Origin: an archaeon
GTDB taxonomy: Archaea > Iainarchaeota > Iainarchaeia > Iainarchaeales > CSSED10-239
Direction: 5' to 3'
DNA length: 15,086 nucleotides
NCBI GenBank assembly: GCA_037147375.1
Contig: JBAWVI010000011.1
Coordinates: 1-15,086 of the forward strand
Shown: positions 12,727-15,086 of the stretch, one piece after another
How the letters are laid out: each line of letters begins with the position of its first letter
Position numbering within the stretch: position 1 is the stretch's first letter
Notes under the pieces: generated by a model
Databases searched by the model: none
The model's input: the letters and a program-made list of their open reading frames with translations, nothing else
What the model was told of the DNA's origin: nothing
Made by a program: the position numbers and the translations under genes

Positions 12727-15086
12727 ATGAATTATAAGAATTATCTAGTTTTTATTGCAATATTTGCCTTAACTATTTTTGGAGGAAATATACATGCGTA
12801 TACAATTAATGGTTTTAATATTGAAGTTGCAGTAACAGATGCTTCAGATGTTGATACTCCTTATAAAATTTCAGGAACTTTATCAAATACAGATGGAATT
12901 TTAGATTATATGATTCCACTTAAGATAACATCATCTGAGTATTCTGATTTTGATTTTAATGCTGATGTAGATTCTAATAATTTTACAGGTTATTTTTATA
13001 TTGATCTTGATGCTGCAAATCCTACTTATCATTCTTCATATCCTAAAAGACCAATCATGGTTTCAGCTGGTGTTGATACAATAAGCGTTGAAGATAATAA
13101 TGGTCAACTTAAAGAAGATACAATGAAAGTTGATAACGTTAATCCAGTTATTGGAACATTCACTATAACTTCTCTTGGAACTACAAATAGTAATTATTAT
13201 AGAGGAGATGTAAATCTTAATGCATCTGGATATTCAGATGCTGATAGTTATCTTGCAAAATATATAGGATATATTGTAACTTCTAGTAATATTTCAAACT
13301 ATAGTTCTTCATATGTTAAAAGAGTACAAAAAGATTCTAATGTTTCTCCAATTAATTTAGCAATAGGAACTGGACTTGCGGATGGAAATTATTATGTTCT
13401 TTTAGATGCACAAGATGCAGCAGGAAACAAAGGTACAAGTCAAAAGGTAATTGACACTAATAAGTTTATTTCTATTGATAATACTAAGCCAAGTGCTACG
13501 AGCTTTAATTTAGGAACCTTAGCAAATAATGCAGTGTATTATGTTGATTCAAATGCATTTTTAATAAACATAGTTGTTGCAGAAACAGGTTCTGGAATAG
13601 ATCCTGATCAAGCAGCAACAAAAATGGTTATAACTTTCCCTGATACTTCAACATTAATTATAGATTATAATTTAACTAACAACGGATTCTATTATTCACA
13701 TACAGGAATAGAAGCAGAAGGTAATGGTGACGTATTTAAAATTGCACTTGATGTTAATGATATTGTTGATAATAATTTATCAATTGATTTTAATATTATG
13801 ATTGATGCAAATGGTCCAACAACACCAACCGCTCCAACTTTAACAAGAGCTGTTGATGAAAATATTACAATTGCAACTTGGGGTATTGCAACAGATTCAG
13901 GAAGTGGTTTACTTGAATATAGAGTTTATAGATCAACCTCTGATTTTACAAGTTACACAAATCAAACCTTAATTTGTACTGTTCTTGCAGCAGCAACAAA
14001 AACATGTTTAGATACAAGCTCAAAATCAGCAGATACTAGATATTATTATGGTGTTGTAGCTGTTGATAAAGCAGAAAACTTAGGTGGAATTGTAACAAGT
14101 TCAATAAGTACTGGTCCAAGCTTATCTTTTGATATAGATGATGATAATAGTTATACAAAGAAAACAACTCCTTTATTTACAATAACAACATCTTCTGATG
14201 TTAATGCACTTAGATTTAGTTGTAATGCATCAACTTTTACATCTTGGGTAGAAATTTCTGATAATTCTGATTTTGCATATACTCAATTTAATATAACATC
14301 TGGAAATGGATGTACAACTACAAATGGAACAAAAACAATTTATATTGAAGCAAGATCTGAAGATGAACCATATCCAATAACAAGAAAATCAAATACAATT
14401 AAGTATGATTCGATAGCACCAACTGTACCTTCTTCAGTCAATGCTATAAGCCAGACTAATGGATCTATTAAATTAACTTGGAATACATCAATAGACACAA
14501 ATAGTGGCCTTGATTATTATGTTGTTTATTATTCAGATAGTAATGGAGTAACTAGTTCTTCAAGTAAAGACACAGCATATGATGAAGTATATACTTTATC
14601 TCCAAATAAAGATCAAAATTATTATTTTAAAGTTTCTGCAGTTGATAGCGCAGGAAATGAATCAGCATTAAGTTCACAAATTACTGGTGTTGCAAAAAGA
14701 TTTGGGCCAAGTTTTACAATAACTTTATCTCCAGTAAATGTAGACACAAATATTAATTATTTAAAAAATGGAATTGTCCATATTAAAGCAGTAAGTGATG
14801 AGGACTTAACAGGAACTGGAACTATTAAAATTAAAATTGGAACTGGTAGTTATGTTACTGTTCTATCAACAACAACAGCAAGAGAAATTTCTGGAGATTA
14901 TAATGTTTCAACAAGTGGAACAGGTACTATAGAAATTATAGGTAAAAACGTAAGTAATCAAAGCGCAACTGATACAATTAGTTTTACTGCAGATGCAAAT
15001 ATACCTTCTTTTGATTTAAATTCTTCTGCCACTAATGGTGTATATAAACTTACACCAATAAATTTACCAACAGATGTAATTAAAGT
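12727..15086 (+). CDS. Large secreted/cell-surface protein with FN3-like and Ig-like repeats (5' portion; continues beyond the window)
   Basis: I read this frame triplet by triplet. An in-frame TAA at 12721 precedes ATG 12727, and the frame stays open for 786 codons to the window end. It is absent from the ORF track because it has no stop in the window. N-terminal signal/anchor is MNYKNYLVFIAIFALTIFGGNIHA. Module boundaries recur: VDNVNPV, IDNTKPSA, DANGPTTPTAP, YDSIAPTVPS, DANIPSF. FN3-type signatures are DSGSGLLEYRVYRS...YYYGVVAVDKAENLG and DTNSGLDYYVVYYS...YYFKVSAVDSAGNES. Confidence 0.85.
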   Translation, partial: MNYKNYLVFIAIFALTIFGGNIHAYTINGFNIEVAVTDASDVDTPYKISGTLSNTDGILDYMIPLKITSSEYSDFDFNADVDSNNFTGYFYIDLDAANPTYHSSYPKRPIMVSAGVDTISVEDNNGQLKEDTMKVDNVNPVIGTFTITSLGTTNSNYYRGDVNLNASGYSDADSYLAKYIGYIVTSSNISNYSSSYVKRVQKDSNVSPINLAIGTGLADGNYYVLLDAQDAAGNKGTSQKVIDTNKFISIDNTKPSATSFNLGTLANNAVYYVDSNAFLINIVVAETGSGIDPDQAATKMVITFPDTSTLIIDYNLTNNGFYYSHTGIEAEGNGDVFKIALDVNDIVDNNLSIDFNIMIDANGPTTPTAPTLTRAVDENITIATWGIATDSGSGLLEYRVYRSTSDFTSYTNQTLICTVLAAATKTCLDTSSKSADTRYYYGVVAVDKAENLGGIVTSSISTGPSLSFDIDDDNSYTKKTTPLFTITTSSDVNALRFSCNASTFTSWVEISDNSDFAYTQFNITSGNGCTTTNGTKTIYIEARSEDEPYPITRKSNTIKYDSIAPTVPSSVNAISQTNGSIKLTWNTSIDTNSGLDYYVVYYSDSNGVTSSSSKDTAYDEVYTLSPNKDQNYYFKVSAVDSAGNESALSSQITGVAKRFGPSFTITLSPVNVDTNINYLKNGIVHIKAVSDEDLTGTGTIKIKIGTGSYVTVLSTTTAREISGDYNVSTSGTGTIEIIGKNVSNQSATDTISFTADANIPSFDLNSSATNGVYKLTPINLPTDVIK

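Overview
Strongly AT-rich archaeal chromosome segment, almost entirely information-processing genes on the + strand. The compact gene order and lysine- or asparagine-rich proteins suggest a reduced-genome, DPANN-like archaeon; this is inference. Four conserved archaeal clusters are concatenated:
(1) tRNA 3' end, then rpl18e-rpl13-rps9-rpoN-rps2.
(2) A TrmB-like regulator.
(3) rpl7ae-rps28e-rpl24e-aIF5B.
(4) rps6e-aIF2gamma-PIN(Fcf1-like)-rpoE-spt4-rps24e-rps27ae.
The right-hand third is accessory. It holds a CPBP intramembrane protease and a protein that is only a ThrRS-type anticodon-binding domain behind an Asn-rich tract. These are followed by a convergent 322-nt gap containing a ~150-nt candidate structured RNA and a minus-strand TraB/TIKI-family gene. 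The window ends in a >786-codon secreted FN3/Ig-repeat surface protein that runs off the window and is missing from the ORF track.
Main points for a second look:
- aIF2-gamma is interrupted by one in-frame TAA in the G domain, which is why the track shows only its C-terminal 300 aa.
- The structured RNA lies next to the anticodon-binding-domain-only protein.
- L7Ae carries a His/Lys-rich tandem-repeat tail and has a K-turn-like element over its own Shine-Dalgarno.
- Two unannotated small ORFs sit in the rps6e-aIF2gamma spacer.
- A 28-nt hairpin-plus-CAGTTAA motif occurs at two operon ends.
No CRISPR array, transposase or integrase was seen.
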